In this document: positions 1 to 8,294 of the stretch, in pieces
Numbering within the stretch: position 1 is the first letter of the stretch
How the letters are laid out: each line of letters starts with the position of its first letter
DNA from: an uncultured Bdellovibrionales bacterium
Lineage (GTDB): Bacteria > Patescibacteriota > Minisyncoccia > Moranbacterales > UBA1568
NCBI GenBank assembly: GCA_964500505.1
Contig: CAZCNN010000003.1
Coordinates: 176 to 64,175, forward strand
Direction: 5' to 3'
DNA length: 64,000 bases
Translations under genes and position numbers: made by a program
The notes under the pieces: generated by a model
The model's input: only the letters and a program-made list of their open reading frames with translations
What the model was told of the DNA's origin: nothing
Database searches by the model: none

Positions 1-55
1 TGGAAGTCCGAGGAGCAGGGAGACAGGCTCTCTCTCGTCGGGCGACCCACGTCCG

Positions 56-859
56 GTGACGGTTGAAAAGAATAGGTACGCTATGGGTGAATTTTGGGGA
101 GAGAGGCTGTTTCGATTACTCTCACAACTGAAGCACATTTCGCGCTTTATGCCTTTTTCTCTGAGAAAGGGCTTTTCGTCATTGGCTCTCTTGTTTCTGG
201 GAGTAGGCGCCTTTCCAGCCTTGCCCATAATCGATACTAAGGAACTAGCCACTCCCGACCCTTCTGAGACGGCCGTAGCTATTGATCCTGTCGAACTCTG
301 CCGTTGGCAGAAGGACTTTTCTTTTTTTCAGGAACTTGTGGTTGGTGCGGAAAAGAAAGAAATAGAAGATTGTCACTTGGCAGTCCCAGAGGTGAGTGCG
401 ACACAAGAAGCGCCGGCTACCCCGAAGGATGGAACGCTTGAGACGACTATCGCTACTATGGCCTCAGGCTATCCACTCGAAGTGATGGCGCCGACTATTG
501 CCGAGTATGATCGAGAAGTGGCGGCACTTATCGTCGGTATTGCCAAAAAGGAGAGTAATTGGGGTAAGCGGGTCCCCGTCGATACGGCAGGAGCAGACTG
601 CTTCAACTACTGGGGATTCAAAGGAGCGGGGACTCGTGGCGTCGCTATGGGTCACGGTTGTTTCGGTAGCCCCGAAGAGGCAGTCCATGCGGTAGGCAAT
701 CGCATCGCCGAACTGGTGACGCTTCGGAAGACGAGCGAACCCAAGAACATGATTATCTGGAAGTGTGGCTCAAGTTGTGCCACGCATAGTCCCGAGAGTG
801 TCCGCAAGTGGATTGCGGACGTTGATCTCTATTACCGGCAGATTGTCGGGACGAACTAG
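56..859 (+). CDS. hypothetical secreted/membrane-anchored protein (GTG start); weak lysozyme-like ESNWG segment
   Basis: 267-aa ORF from the track. An N-terminal hydrophobic stretch LALLFLGVGAFPALPII looks like a signal peptide or TM anchor. No family is recognisable with confidence by eye. Confidence 0.4.
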   Translation: MTVEKNRYAMGEFWGERLFRLLSQLKHISRFMPFSLRKGFSSLALLFLGVGAFPALPIIDTKELATPDPSETAVAIDPVELCRWQKDFSFFQELVVGAEKKEIEDCHLAVPEVSATQEAPATPKDGTLETTIATMASGYPLEVMAPTIAEYDREVAALIVGIAKKESNWGKRVPVDTAGADCFNYWGFKGAGTRGVAMGHGCFGSPEEAVHAVGNRIAELVTLRKTSEPKNMIIWKCGSSCATHSPESVRKWIADVDLYYRQIVGTN

Positions 860-954
860 TAGGTCTGTTGAGACGTATACATATTTTTCAGGTATAATAA
901 AAAAAGACATACATAATCAAAAAGCTTGAGGCTTTTTTACTTGGCGCTTTTCAG

Positions 955-993
955 AAAAAGCTAAAAGCTAAAAGCTAAAAGCTAAAAGCTAAA
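955..993. repeat. heptanucleotide tandem repeat (AAAAGCT)x5 ending 3 nt before the ATG of the next gene
   Basis: Direct reading: aaaaagctaaaagctaaaagctaaaagctaaaagctaaa, immediately 5' of the start codon at 996. Confidence 0.9.
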
Positions 994-995
994 TT

Positions 996-1928
996 ATGAC
1001 TTGGGCCCTCGTTGCTCTCCTCGGGTATTTTTTCAGCGCCATTTCGGCTGCGTTTGATAAATTTTTGCTTTCTGATCGCATACCGACTCCGGCCGTGTAT
1101 GCTTTTTTTGTATCCTTGTTCAGTCTCTTTGCGCTCGGATTTGTGCCCTTTGGCGTGCGTTTCCTCGATCTTTCCTCCACGCTCACACTTCTCCTCTCAG
1201 GGATGACCTTTGTGTATGGTCTGGTGGCTTTTTATGCCGCGGTCAAACGCCATGAGATCTCTCGGGTGGCACCACTCGTGGGGACGATTATTTCGTTGGT
1301 CGCGTTCTCGGCCGTCTTTTTGCCTGGTATGGACGGTGCCGTAGTGGATGGCTGGTTTATCCTCGCTCTCCTCCTCCTCATTTTCGGTGGTCTCCTTATT
1401 TCCTTTGACTTGCCTCTGAGGCGGGGTGAGCATATCTCTTGGTATATTGTCCTGGCTGGTATCCTCATGGGTCTGTCGTTCCTCCTCCTCAAGGGTGGCT
1501 ATGCTAGCTCTGACTTTGTGAACGGTCTCGTCTGGTCGCGTCTCGGGATGACGCTCGCCGGACTGACACTTTTCATCGTGCCACTGTTTCGTCGGCAGAT
1601 TTTGGCCCAATTTGATGGCTTTGGGCATCGTTCCCCGCGAGCAGCGAGTACCGGAGGACTTTTTGTTTTGAACAAGGTAACGGCAGGACTCGCCACGTTT
1701 CTCGTATCCTACGCGACGTATCTCGGGTCAGTCTCTTTCGTCCAGGCCCTTTCTGGGATGCAGTACGTCTTTCTTTTGATGTTGACTTTCCCGCTTTCGT
1801 TCCGTTACCCGCAGGTCTTTGGTGAGCGACTCCATTTCTGGGATTGGATGCAGAAGGCGGTAGCGATTGGTATTATCGGTTTGGGCCTGTGGCTCGCGAC
1901 GCAAAGCGGCATATCACTGCTCATGTAA
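996..1928 (+). CDS. polytopic inner-membrane permease, DMT/EamA-like (about 10 predicted TM helices)
   Basis: 310-aa ORF. It is strongly hydrophobic with alternating helices, and its two-half architecture is typical of the drug/metabolite transporter superfamily. Confidence 0.5.
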   Translation: MTWALVALLGYFFSAISAAFDKFLLSDRIPTPAVYAFFVSLFSLFALGFVPFGVRFLDLSSTLTLLLSGMTFVYGLVAFYAAVKRHEISRVAPLVGTIISLVAFSAVFLPGMDGAVVDGWFILALLLLIFGGLLISFDLPLRRGEHISWYIVLAGILMGLSFLLLKGGYASSDFVNGLVWSRLGMTLAGLTLFIVPLFRRQILAQFDGFGHRSPRAASTGGLFVLNKVTAGLATFLVSYATYLGSVSFVQALSGMQYVFLLMLTFPLSFRYPQVFGERLHFWDWMQKAVAIGIIGLGLWLATQSGISLLM

Positions 1929-1936
1929 CTTTCCCT

Positions 1937-2947
1937 ATGAAAAAAATACTCAAATTTTTGGCCGGTACCGTTCTCTCTCTGCTCCTTATGGCGCTCCTCC
2001 TCTTTGGCTACTTCAATATGCCGGCGCCTGCCCCACGCGAGGATGTGAGTCTCGGGATGACCTTCTCGACGCGGTATGCCGAAGGGCTAGGACTCGACTG
2101 GCGAGAGACCTACCTGGCCCTTCTCGATGAGGTCGGAGTGAAGAAGATGCGTATCCCAGTGTACTGGGACCTGGTAGAAACAACCAAAGGGACCTATGAC
2201 TATGCCGATGTGGATTGGCAGGTGGCTGAGGCGGGCAAGCGGGGAGCCGAAGTCATCCTGGCGGTTGGCATCAAGGTGCCTCGTTGGCCAGAGTGTCATA
2301 TCCCCACATGGGTAGGCGACGAAAAGGAGGCCCGTCGAGCTGGTATCTTGGCTCTCATTGAGACTACCATCCGTCGCTATGAGGGCAATCCAGTGGTTAC
2401 CAAGTGGCAGGTTGAGAATGAACCCTTTTTGTCATTTGGAGTGTGTCCAGAATTTGATGTAAAGATACTCGACGAAGAGATAGCGCTGGTGAAGCGCCTC
2501 GATACTGCGCGCCCGGTGGTGGTGACGGATAGTGGCGAGCTCTCGCTCTGGGTGCATGCGGCGTCTCGAGGGGATCAGTTTGGGACGACACTCTACCGTG
2601 ATATCTATAGTCCCAAAGTGGGCGGATACTTTGAGTATCCTATTGGACCTAACTTCTTCCGTTTCAAGGAAAAAATGGTCCGTCTCTTCACTGATCAAGA
2701 GCACTTCTCGGTCATCGAGCTCCAGGCTGAGCCGTGGGCCAGTGGCTGGATCGCTGAGGTGCCACTGGAAGAACAGTTCCGAACTATGAATGAGGATCGC
2801 CTCAGGGAGAATGTCGATTATGCGAGGCAGGTCGGGTTTGAAGATATCTATCTCTGGGGTGGAGAATGGTGGTACTGGATGAAGACCAAGAAGAATTATC
2901 CGGCCGTCTGGGAGACCGCCAAGGATCTCTATCAGGAACACAAATAG
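1937..2947 (+). CDS. secreted glycoside hydrolase, clan GH-A TIM-barrel (GH5/GH113-like)
   Basis: Start taken at MKKILKF, a signal peptide inside track ORF 1844..2947. The WQVENEP motif carries the NEP acid/base catalytic Glu typical of clan GH-A. Confidence 0.5.
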   Translation: MKKILKFLAGTVLSLLLMALLLFGYFNMPAPAPREDVSLGMTFSTRYAEGLGLDWRETYLALLDEVGVKKMRIPVYWDLVETTKGTYDYADVDWQVAEAGKRGAEVILAVGIKVPRWPECHIPTWVGDEKEARRAGILALIETTIRRYEGNPVVTKWQVENEPFLSFGVCPEFDVKILDEEIALVKRLDTARPVVVTDSGELSLWVHAASRGDQFGTTLYRDIYSPKVGGYFEYPIGPNFFRFKEKMVRLFTDQEHFSVIELQAEPWASGWIAEVPLEEQFRTMNEDRLRENVDYARQVGFEDIYLWGGEWWYWMKTKKNYPAVWETAKDLYQEHK

Positions 2948-2955
2948 GAGAATGT

Positions 2956-3489
2956 ATGAAGGCACCACTCATTCTTATCCTACACGATATCCGGAGTGCA
3001 CATAATGTCGGGTCTATTTTTCGGACCGCTGATGGAGCCGGACTTGCCCGCCAAAGCTACGCGGGGAGCGTTTCGGGTGGGGGTGTGAGTATTTACCTCA
3101 CGGGATATACGCCATGCCCGCCGAAACCGGGTGCCCTCTATCTTTCTGATGCTGACAAAGCGCTTCAGAAGACCGCGCTCGGTGCTGAGACATCGGTATC
3201 CTGGAGGCAGGTGGCCTCACTTTCGCGGCTACTCACGAGACTACGCAACGAGGGATATGAGCTGGTGGCACTCGAGCAGATGCCGGGAAGTATCGACTAT
3301 CGAGAGTATCGACCTGGGAAGCGCGTGGCCCTCATCCTTGGGAATGAAGTGGGTGGGGTAGCACCTGAGATACTCAAACGCTGTGACCATGTTATCGAGA
3401 TACCGATGTATGGCGCCAAGAATTCGCTCAATGTCTCAGTCGCGACGGGCATTGCTCTCTATCAGATAATCAGTACAATGAAGGAATGA
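2956..3489 (+). CDS. SpoU/TrmH-family RNA 2'-O-methyltransferase
   Basis: Internal start MKAPLILILHDIRSAHNVGSIFRTADGAG within track ORF 2866..3489. The SPOUT-class motifs are present, including GNEVGGV and IPMYG. Confidence 0.7.
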   Translation: MKAPLILILHDIRSAHNVGSIFRTADGAGLARQSYAGSVSGGGVSIYLTGYTPCPPKPGALYLSDADKALQKTALGAETSVSWRQVASLSRLLTRLRNEGYELVALEQMPGSIDYREYRPGKRVALILGNEVGGVAPEILKRCDHVIEIPMYGAKNSLNVSVATGIALYQIISTMKE

Positions 3490-3620
3490 CATGGTTGTAT
3501 GGCTTTATTGTTGAATGGTTGGGGGACCGGATGCATTTCTAACAGTATAACCATAAAACCATGGAGCAATTTCTTTCCAGAGAGAAAAGTATCAAAAAGT
3601 AACCTGACGATTACTACAAT

Positions 3621-4340
3621 ATGTCTGTAAAAAAGAAGACCAAGATAGCCATTTTCGATATCGATGGCACTATATTCCGCAAGAACCTTCATTTTGAGCT
3701 CATCAACGAGCTGACCTGGATGAAGGTGTTTCCGCGGGAAGCGCGGGATGAGTTGGCTGATATCTATGCTGGGTGGCTCACGCATGAGGGTACCTACGAG
3801 GATTATCGTAAGGCGCTCGTCAAGCTCTACTCCGAGCACATCAAGGGGTGCTCGAAGGAGGCGGTCCTCAAAGCGAGTAAGATGCTGGTGCCTTTTCATG
3901 CCAAGCGGACCTATATCTACGCGGAGCAGCTCATCAAGAAACTGCGAGCAGAGAACTATCACCTGTTGGTTATCTCGGGATCACCCATCGAGGTGGTAGA
4001 GGAATACAATCGGCAATACCTCAAGTTTGATGGGTCTTTTGGAAGCGTCTATGCAGTGGATGCGGAGGGGAACTATACAGGCGAGGCGTCGTTTGAACCC
4101 TCCAAGAACAAGGGGAGTCTCGTAGAACAGTACCTTTATGAGCACAAGCTCTCGCTCAAGGACTCCTATGGTATCGGGGATACCGAGTCTGATACGAGTT
4201 TTCTCAAGATGGTTGAGCATCCTATAGCATTCAACCCGAATCAGAACCTCAAGGCTGCCGCCGAAGAACATGGGTGGAAAATTGTGGTCGAAAAAAAGGA
4301 CGTGATCTATGAAATCAGTGATCACTGCGCTCATCCCTAA
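3621..4340 (+). CDS. HAD-superfamily hydrolase, subfamily IB (phosphoserine-phosphatase-like)
   Basis: Motif I FDIDGT, motif III K, and GDTESD as the acidic motif IV. Confidence 0.7.
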   Translation: MSVKKKTKIAIFDIDGTIFRKNLHFELINELTWMKVFPREARDELADIYAGWLTHEGTYEDYRKALVKLYSEHIKGCSKEAVLKASKMLVPFHAKRTYIYAEQLIKKLRAENYHLLVISGSPIEVVEEYNRQYLKFDGSFGSVYAVDAEGNYTGEASFEPSKNKGSLVEQYLYEHKLSLKDSYGIGDTESDTSFLKMVEHPIAFNPNQNLKAAAEEHGWKIVVEKKDVIYEISDHCAHP

Positions 4341-4351
4341 AAAGTAAAAAT

Positions 4352-4462
4352 ATGAACCTCAACGTATCCCTCGACAATTTTCTCAAGAAGACGGTGTGGC
4401 TCTGGCTCCCGTTTTACGCCCTCTTCCACCTCATCGAAGAGTTTGGTGAGCGTAAAAAGTAG
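4352..4462 (+). CDS. small ORF (36 aa) immediately upstream of vanZ-like gene; possible small membrane protein
   Basis: ATG..TAG ORF read directly from sequence: MNLNVSLDNFLKKTVWLWLPFYALFHLIEEFGERKK. It is below the ORF-track size cutoff and ends 3 nt before the next start. Confidence 0.25.
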   Translation: MNLNVSLDNFLKKTVWLWLPFYALFHLIEEFGERKK

Positions 4463-4465
4463 TGT

Positions 4466-4879
4466 ATGCTCTTGACCCGTCTCAGCGTAGTTTGGCATTC
4501 TCGGTATACGGCTTTCACGTTGCTCCTCGTGTGGATGGCGGTTATTTTTGCTTTTTCGACGTTGCCCGGTAAAGAGATGGCTGGCCCGCCACCACTCTGG
4601 TACTTTATCGAGCGGAAGGGGGCGCACGTGGTCGAATATGCGGTCCTCACATTGCTGGCATTCCGTTTCTTCCAACTATCATTTTATCGGGAGGCGCTTG
4701 GTCGCGTTCTTCTCCTGTCCGCTCTGTTCGCACTCATGTATGGAGCGACCGATGAACTCCACCAGTATTTTGTGCCCGGTCGTGGTGCGCGATTTTCGGA
4801 TGTCGTGATTGACGGGCTCGGGGTACTCCTCTCGGCCTTCCTCATAGTACTCTTCTACCGAAACAAAAACCGCTCCTGA
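4466..4879 (+). CDS. VanZ-like family membrane protein
   Basis: 137-aa protein with 4 TM helices and the DELHQxFxPGR...DVxxD pattern typical of VanZ. Confidence 0.7.
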   Translation: MLLTRLSVVWHSRYTAFTLLLVWMAVIFAFSTLPGKEMAGPPPLWYFIERKGAHVVEYAVLTLLAFRFFQLSFYREALGRVLLLSALFALMYGATDELHQYFVPGRGARFSDVVIDGLGVLLSAFLIVLFYRNKNRS

Positions 4880-4892
4880 AGGAGCGGTTTTT
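4865..4892. terminator. bidirectional intrinsic terminator between convergent vanZ-like (+) and rplT (-)
   Basis: aaaaaccgctcc-tgaa-ggagcggttttt: a GC stem flanked by an A-run and a T-run. Confidence 0.7.
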
Positions 4893-4905
4893 AGCGAGTG
4901 CGTTC

Positions 4906-5250
4906 TTAGCGAACTGACTCAATAAACTTGGTGAAGACGGCCGGGTTCTCCATAGCGAGTTCCGAGAGGACCTTGCGATCGAGAGCGATATTCTTCTTGG
5001 CTTCGAGGGCAATGAAATCTCGGTAGACGAGCCCGTGGAGACGGAGCGCCGTGTTGAGCCGGGTAATCCAGAGACTGCGGAAGGTGCGCTTCTTGGCGCG
5101 CCGGTCACGACGGGCATACTTACCGGCCTTGATGACGGCTTCTTTGGCCTTGGTAAACAAATTCTTGCGTCCCCAGCGGTAGCCTTTGGCAGCCTTGAGC
5201 ACGTTCTTGTGGCGTTTCTTGGTCATGACGCCACGCTTGATTCTGGTCAT
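4906..5250 (-). CDS. rplT: 50S ribosomal protein L20
   Basis: MTRIKRGV...KKRHKNVLKAAKGYRWGRK is a classic L20 N-terminus. The gene ends a canonical infC-rpmI-rplT operon. Confidence 0.95.
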   Translation of the reverse strand: MTRIKRGVMTKKRHKNVLKAAKGYRWGRKNLFTKAKEAVIKAGKYARRDRRAKKRTFRSLWITRLNTALRLHGLVYRDFIALEAKKNIALDRKVLSELAMENPAVFTKFIESVR

Positions 5251-5274
5251 ATGGGTGAAAAACTGAAGGGTGAG

Positions 5275-5475
5275 TTAGAACGAGTAAGGAAGGGAAGCTT
5301 TGATATTCTTGGCGACGGCTGGGTAGACATCGTTGTCGTTGCGCTTGGAACGAGTCTCGTCTCCGGTGTTGCGGGAGTTGTAGTGGTTTTGGCCAGAGGC
5401 GCGGGTCTTTAATTTTCCGCTCCCTGTGATTTTCACTTTCTTTACAACGGACTTGCGGGTCTTGAGCTTTGGCAT
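5275..5475 (-). CDS. rpmI: 50S ribosomal protein L35
   Basis: 66-aa basic protein MPKLKTRKSVVKKVKITGSGK...LPY, sitting between infC and rplT. Confidence 0.9.
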   Translation of the reverse strand: MPKLKTRKSVVKKVKITGSGKLKTRASGQNHYNSRNTGDETRSKRNDNDVYPAVAKNIKASLPYSF

Positions 5476-5510
5476 ATCGATACGAGGTTAATGCAATTAA
5501 TGGTGAGATT

Positions 5511-5635
5511 CTAGAACTTCAGATTTTGATACAGTTCGAGGCGCAGGTGAGGAGCAGAGTAAGCGATACTGTTCAGTTATCGTGTCGAGCACCGGAGCCT
5601 GCAACGATGAAATGGGTCAAAATCTGAAGTTCTAG
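5511..5635 (-). promoter_or_regulatory. perfect 19-bp inverted repeat (ctagaacttcagattttga) enclosing 87 nt in the infC-rpmI intercistronic region; candidate L20 translational operator or processing stem
   Basis: Arms at 5511-5529 and 5617-5635 are exact reverse complements. The structure starts right after the infC stop and ends about 35 nt before the rpmI start. Confidence 0.5.
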
Positions 5636-6184
5636 TTATTCGGGGACGATCAGGGCATTGAACCCCATAGGTCCACGCTTCACCTCTTCTTCAAAACGAT
5701 GAGGAACCGTGATGCTCGTGATAAAGGCGCTCAGGTTTTCTTTGGCTTTGTCCTGCATGGCCTTTTCGCGACCACGGAGTACGATTTCGATTTTTACTTT
5801 GTTCCCCTTGGTCAGAAATTTCTCAGCCTGTGTCTTTTTGAAGAGGAGATCATGAGTATCAGTGCGGAAACCGAGACGGATGCCCTTGGTTTCAACCTTT
5901 TTCTGCTTGGCCTTCTGTTGCTGCTCCTGCTTAGCGGCCTTGTACTGGAGCTTGCCGTAGTCAGTGATTTTGCAGACAGGAGGCTTGGCCAGAGGGGACA
6001 CTTCAACGAGGTCAGCTTCTTGCTCTTGAGCGAGTAAGATAGCTGCTGAGGTATCCATGATACCGCGATTCTCGCCATTCTGGTCAATGACCATGACCTG
6101 AGGCACGAGAATCTTCTCGTTGATACGAGCATGCTCTTTGACCTGGACCTTTGGTTTCGGTCGATTGTGTCTTCGTCGTCTCAT
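5636..6184 (-). CDS. infC: translation initiation factor IF-3
   Basis: Conserved IF-3 N- and C-domains (INEKILVPQVMVIDQNGE...). The operon context is infC-rpmI-rplT. Confidence 0.9.
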   Translation of the reverse strand: MRRRRHNRPKPKVQVKEHARINEKILVPQVMVIDQNGENRGIMDTSAAILLAQEQEADLVEVSPLAKPPVCKITDYGKLQYKAAKQEQQQKAKQKKVETKGIRLGFRTDTHDLLFKKTQAEKFLTKGNKVKIEIVLRGREKAMQDKAKENLSAFITSITVPHRFEEEVKRGPMGFNALIVPE

Positions 6185-6308
6185 TTTCAGCTTTTTTAAA
6201 AAAAGTGGACCCTGTTAGAAAACTGTCAAAACCGCCTCCTAGTAATTTTCGGCTGTCAGTACCTGAGATATTCTCATATATCAAGTATCGTTGGCAGACT
6301 TCTAACGG

Positions 6309-6710
6309 GGTGGAGTTGATGGGAATTGCACCCATGTCCAGAGAAGTTTTTCCAAAATAGTCTACAAGCGTAGTCAACCTTGTGTACGGGCAGGAGGTAG
6401 AAGGGAGACAAAATCCTCAAGCGAGTTCTTCTTTTGCAATACGTTCGGAGGGTAAAAGAAAAAGAAATTCCCTGGTCACGTCTCGATAATATGACACCAG
6501 TGGTTCCTTACCGAGAATCAGGATACTGATGGCGTCGCCAGTAATTAGGCGAGCGCAAGACTGTAAGAAGGGGCAAAAGCTTGCGCGATTGCATTCTTGG
6601 TCTTTGTGATGAAGTTTGCATTTATCATCGTGAGAACGAGATTTACGACCGTGTTCTCAAGGTCGGCTTGCGTATTTTGAAAGTACAACCTGTCGAGTCT
6701 AAACAACCCC
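6309..6710 (-). ncRNA. ssrA: tmRNA (SsrA), one-piece; about 402 nt
   Basis: On the minus strand the 5' end GGGGUUGUUUAGACUCGACAGG matches the tmRNA 5' consensus (compare B. subtilis GGGGACGUUACGGAUUCGACAGGG). The 3' end carries a T-arm-like hairpin AUGGG-UGCAAUU-CCCAU, then CAACUCC-A-CC, which pairs with the 5' GGGGUUG and gives the diagnostic G3:U70 wobble. An internal tag frame GCA AAC ... CUU GCG CUC GCC UAA encodes ...SYSLALA*. The gene lies downstream of smpB. Confidence 0.7.
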
Positions 6711-6830
6711 GCCTACACTACAAACAGAGTTTGTAGAGTATGGCGGGGCTTGCCTATACCCGCCACACTTCGATTCGCGATGTGGGCGGGCCTAGCCGCC
6801 TCCATCTGCTGAAAGTGTAAGCGCGATCCT

Positions 6831-7088
6831 CTAGCGGAGGTCGCTTATGCGTCGTTTGAGGTACTGTCTACCGAAGCCCGTCTTCAACTGAAGTTCTCTT
6901 TTCAGAGCATCTCCTTTTTGATTGCAGGCTTCGTAGTACAAAAGAATGAATGGTTTTCTTTCTTTTGTTACCTCGTTTCTTCCAGCATTGTGCTCTTGGA
7001 AGCGACGTTTTAAATTATTCGTGTATCCAATGTACAGCTTCTGATCTTTGAGACTTTGTAATACGTAAACGTAGTACATACATTTCAA
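6831..7088 (-). CDS. GIY-YIG nuclease family protein (stand-alone, 85 aa)
   Basis: YVYVLQS...KLYIGYTNNLKRRFQEHN is a canonical GIY-YIG motif. The start overlaps the smpB stop. Confidence 0.8.
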   Translation of the reverse strand: MKCMYYVYVLQSLKDQKLYIGYTNNLKRRFQEHNAGRNEVTKERKPFILLYYEACNQKGDALKRELQLKTGFGRQYLKRRISDLR

Positions 7089-7549
7089 CTTGTTCGCATC
7101 GCTCGCTCTATTCGGCGCTTGGCTTCGCGGGTACCAATATCGGCCCGACGGTCATATTCCTTTTTTCCCTTGCCAATAGCAAACTCAAGCTTCACAAGTT
7201 GCTTCTTAGTATACAACCGAATCGGGACTAAAGTCAAGCCTTCCGTGCGGTATTTCCCTATGAGAGAGGCAATTTCACGCTTGCGGAGAAGGAGTTTTCG
7301 TGGTCTGCTATCTTCGTGCTTGGTGTCGCGGTGGGCTTGTTTGTAGCGGGGTATGAGGGCGTTCGTCAGGTAGAGTTCACTCCCGCGGACGGTCACATAG
7401 GCTCCCTTGAGGCTCGCATGGCCGGTTTTCACTGATTTTACTTCGGCCCCGGTCAATACCAAACCGGCCTCATAGCGTCCTAGGAGGGCATAGTCGAACC
7501 CGGCTCGTTTGTTGTGGGCAATAGTAGTCATATGCTCATACTGTCCCAC
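7085..7549 (-). CDS. smpB: SsrA-binding protein SmpB
   Basis: 154-aa protein with SmpB hallmarks (IAHNKRAGFDY, LTGAEVKS, C-terminal basic tail). Confidence 0.85.
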   Translation of the reverse strand: MGQYEHMTTIAHNKRAGFDYALLGRYEAGLVLTGAEVKSVKTGHASLKGAYVTVRGSELYLTNALIPRYKQAHRDTKHEDSRPRKLLLRKREIASLIGKYRTEGLTLVPIRLYTKKQLVKLEFAIGKGKKEYDRRADIGTREAKRRIERAMRTS

Positions 7550-7667
7550 ATTTGGCTCAAATAAGCAAGTTTTTTGATTTTACATTGACGAAGTGGCAAA
7601 AGAATGATTTACTAGCGAGTCGCATGACGATAGGGTATGCACGTAGCTTTCCAACGAGGAGAAGTCA

Positions 7668-8159
7668 ATGAACCGCTCTCTCAAGATTGTTCTGACAGTT
7701 CTGCTGCTGGCTTTGAACGGCTCAGCAGTATTTTCGCAGGACGTGGTGATTTCAGGGAGCTCTGGAAAGAACTCAAGAGATCCCGTTTTGGTCAAGCGCC
7801 AGGGAACGTCACCGATTCTTACGGTGCAGCTGAAGGCTTCGGAGGCTGATACCGAAGCGCGTGAACTTCATCGCGAGATCCTCCGGGTGTTGAGTGATGG
7901 GTACGAAGAGAGGTTTTTTCCCTTGAAGAAAGACGGTGACAACCGGATAAATCAAACAATCTGGTGCACGGTCGTTGTGGCAAGTGACCTTGTTGCTTCT
8001 TCGATTGAAGTCCGGTGCGGAAGGCGCTTTCCGCGCCAAATCTTCGTGGGACTCACTGATGCTGGCATCGGTACATCTGAGTTCAGTGCTGTTGCCAAAC
8101 GTCTCCCGGCGATGATCGATGAGTTGTATAACTTGGCCACGAAGCTGCCTGACAATTAG
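7668..8159 (+). CDS. hypothetical secreted protein (signal peptide)
   Basis: N-terminus MNRSLKIVLTVLLLALNGSAVFSQ looks like a Sec signal. No family recognised. Confidence 0.5.
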   Translation: MNRSLKIVLTVLLLALNGSAVFSQDVVISGSSGKNSRDPVLVKRQGTSPILTVQLKASEADTEARELHREILRVLSDGYEERFFPLKKDGDNRINQTIWCTVVVASDLVASSIEVRCGRRFPRQIFVGLTDAGIGTSEFSAVAKRLPAMIDELYNLATKLPDN

Positions 8160-8176
8160 ATCCACAGAGGTCAAAT

Positions 8177-8216
8177 CTGCCGAGTCCCCAAAGAGGGTGC
8201 CGGCAGTTTTTCTTTT
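8177..8216 (+). terminator. intrinsic terminator downstream of secreted hypothetical gene
   Basis: ctgccg...cggcag stem with an internal ccc/ggg pairing, followed by tttttctttt. Confidence 0.5.
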
Positions 8217-8250
8217 ATAACATAATTCCACGGTCGTGGAATTATGTTAT
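8217..8250. promoter_or_regulatory. perfect 15-bp inverted repeat ATAACATAATTCCAC-ggtc-GTGGAATTATGTTAT; candidate operator for a dimeric regulator upstream of trhO
   Basis: Exact palindrome with a 4-nt spacer, 45-80 nt upstream of the predicted start at 8295. Confidence 0.5.
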
Positions 8251-8294
8251 ATTTTTATCGCAATAACTTCACTTTTTACGAACTTTCCGATAGG

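Noticed and set aside
6084-6377. Track ORFs 6084..6377 (-) and 6151..6360 (+)
   Set aside because: They overlap the 3' part of the tmRNA and the infC start region, and have no protein features. They are better explained by ssrA.
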